A stretch of 64,000 bases of DNA from Pirellulales bacterium. Its GTDB lineage: Bacteria; Planctomycetota; Planctomycetia; Pirellulales; PALSA-1355. The stretch spans positions 1,408,001 to 1,472,000 of the forward strand of contig CAVTBU010000005.1 of NCBI GenBank assembly GCA_963733035.1, in the 5' to 3' direction. Of the stretch, positions 62,150-64,000 are shown piece by piece. The notes beneath the pieces were generated by a model. That model was not told where the DNA came from. It saw only the letters and a program-made list of their open reading frames with translations, and ran no database searches. Each line of letters opens with the position of its first letter. The stretch's first letter is position 1. A program made the translations under genes and the position numbers.

Positions 62150-63493
62150 TTAGTTTTCGATTCCCATCCGCCGGTACTTCTCCTTGTACTTTTCCCACAG
62201 CCGCTTCTGGCGGTCGTTCAAGTCGACCTGGCGCCCTTGGATATAGGCGGCCGTCACCTGGGTGGAGATTTCCAAGGGGTCGCCAGTCGTAACGATCAGC
62301 GTGGCATCCTTCTGCGCTTCGAGCGTGCCGATTCGATCGGCCACGCCGAGTATCTGCGCCGGGTAAAGCGTGATCGCCTTGAGGGCTTCCTCGGGTTCGA
62401 GCCCGTAGGCCGCCGCCGACGCCGCATGATATGGAAGATTGCGGACATTGGCAGGACCGCCGCTCGAGGCGCCGCCGATCTCGCCCGCGATGCAGTAGCG
62501 AATGCCGGCTTCTTTTAGCCGCGCCGGAAGTGTGTAACCCGCGTCGTAGGCTTCGCTGCGCCGAAGCGGCGTGCGATAGACGCCACCGACGATGACCGGC
62601 ACGTCGTGCTTCTTGAGCAATGCCGCGCAGTCGACCGCGTCGTAGCCACCGACGATCACGGGTCGGAGGGCCTCCTGCTCGCAAAACGCGAGCGCCGACT
62701 GAATCTGTTGAATGTCCTCGGCGTCGATGAACACCCGAACTTCTCCGGCGAGGACCGGCAACATCGCTTCCCACCGCGAATCGTATTCGGGCTCGGGCGA
62801 TTTTCCGGCGGCGTGCGACTGTTTGGCCTTGTGGTAGGCCTTGGCGTCGGCAATCGCGTCGCGGATCGACTTGAGAGCGAGATCGCGACTGCGCGTTTGC
62901 TCGTCGGCCGATTCCTCGACCCACCAGGCTTCAACCGGCTGCATGCGCGGCCAACTGACGTGCAGCCCGACGCCGCGCTTGAGGCACATCTCTTCCCACG
63001 TCCAACCGTCGAGCTGCATGCAGGCCGACAGTCCCGTGATCGAACCGCCGCTGGGTACGGTGAGCACCGTGAGGACTCCGCCGGAACGTCCAACGGGAAT
63101 CAGCTCGCTATCAGGGTTCACGGCTACTTCCGCCTTGACGTTTGGATTGATCGTTCCTGTCTCTCGCGTATCGACCGTTCCACGAACCGACGGCACCTCC
63201 ACCAAGCCCATTTGGCTGTTGGCATCAATCAGCCCCGGATACACGTGCTTGCCGGAAACGTCGATGCGCTGGGCATTCTCGGGCACTGCCACTTCGCGGC
63301 CAACGGCAATAATCTTGCCTTCGTCGAAGAGCACGATGCCGCCATCGATTGACGGCCCGCTCACGGGATGGACCGTTCCGCCCACCAGCGCGATTGGTTT
63401 CTGTTGGGGAGCGCCGGGAATCTCGGGCGATGCGCTGGCTTGGTTTGCCAACACGCAGGCAAGTCCCAAGACAAGTAGACCAGCGCGATTCAT
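62150..63493 (-). CDS. Exported amidohydrolase family protein (metal ligands degenerate)
   Basis: YPGLIDANS, ALKAITLYPA, IGTLE..KDA; start could be 63520. Confidence 0.88.
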   Translation of the reverse strand: MNRAGLLVLGLACVLANQASASPEIPGAPQQKPIALVGGTVHPVSGPSIDGGIVLFDEGKIIAVGREVAVPENAQRIDVSGKHVYPGLIDANSQMGLVEVPSVRGTVDTRETGTINPNVKAEVAVNPDSELIPVGRSGGVLTVLTVPSGGSITGLSACMQLDGWTWEEMCLKRGVGLHVSWPRMQPVEAWWVEESADEQTRSRDLALKSIRDAIADAKAYHKAKQSHAAGKSPEPEYDSRWEAMLPVLAGEVRVFIDAEDIQQIQSALAFCEQEALRPVIVGGYDAVDCAALLKKHDVPVIVGGVYRTPLRRSEAYDAGYTLPARLKEAGIRYCIAGEIGGASSGGPANVRNLPYHAASAAAYGLEPEEALKAITLYPAQILGVADRIGTLEAQKDATLIVTTGDPLEISTQVTAAYIQGRQVDLNDRQKRLWEKYKEKYRRMGIEN

Positions 63494-63509
63494 GACGAGT
63501 TTCTTCCGC

Positions 63510-64000
63510 TTATTGTTCATGGTGCTCGTGCCCGCTGCGTTGTTGCTGTAAGAGAAAATGGTCGCCGTGATCGTGATGACCACAGAACAGGTCCTCGCGA
63601 GGCCAATGATCGTGATCATCCTCGCCGGGTTTTGCCGCAGGTTCGCCGGATGCCAGCACGCGCTGTACGAGCTTGGCCTTTAGCTCGGCGGCTTCTTGCC
63701 GCAGCCGTTGGTCTTCCTCCAAATCGAAATACCGTCGGCCATCGACCCAGGTTTGTTCGCAGCGGCTGAACGTCGACAGCGGCGAACCGCTCCAGACCAC
63801 CAGGTCCGCATCCTTGCCCGGCTCCAACGAACCGACGTGATCGTCGACGTGCAATTGCCTGGCCGGATTGAGCGTGACGAACTTCAGGGCCTCTTCGGGC
63901 GACACGCTGCCGTATTTGATCGCCTTCGCCGCCTCGAGGTTGAGCCGCCGCGCCAGCTCGGCGTTGTCGGAATTGAACGAGACGACGACACCCGCGTTGT
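63510..64000 (-). CDS. Amidohydrolase family protein, C-terminal part (runs out of window)
   Basis: SFNSD, ALKFVTLNPA, GSLEPGKDAD; His-rich tail. Confidence 0.88.
   Translation of the reverse strand, partial: NAGVVVSFNSDNAELARRLNLEAAKAIKYGSVSPEEALKFVTLNPARQLHVDDHVGSLEPGKDADLVVWSGSPLSTFSRCEQTWVDGRRYFDLEEDQRLRQEAAELKAKLVQRVLASGEPAAKPGEDDHDHWPREDLFCGHHDHGDHFLLQQQRSGHEHHEQ

Overview
High-GC bacterial DNA, most likely a planctomycete (Pirellulales-like). This assignment is inferred from the DUF1549/DUF1553-DUF1501 pair, LE-x-R-x-L-L exported proteins and a PEP-CTERM protein. Most of the window is ordinary chromosome: ctpA-like protease, tsaD, hemC, fliW-csrA, mqnD, folE, lemA-htpX, a MoxR/DUF58 operon and amidohydrolases. 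An accessory patch of about 5.5 kb (40370-45900) sits beside a tRNA-Arg(CCT). It holds a Clp_N-UVR gene, an IS remnant and the 3' end of a group II intron. It also holds the most interesting element: a polymorphic toxin with an unrecognised N-terminus, a WNEADHPR..GGEW motif and a Tox-REase-2-like nuclease tip, followed by a probable immunity gene. That toxin gene is preceded by a multi-hairpin leader whose intrinsic terminator ends about 22 nt before the start codon. A second highly structured candidate RNA (13951-14092) precedes a 1596-aa exported sialidase-like protein. About eight frameshifts, several of them a lost unit at a (CG)n run, suggest systematic assembly indel errors rather than true pseudogenes. 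All family assignments come from motif recognition by eye, not database searches.
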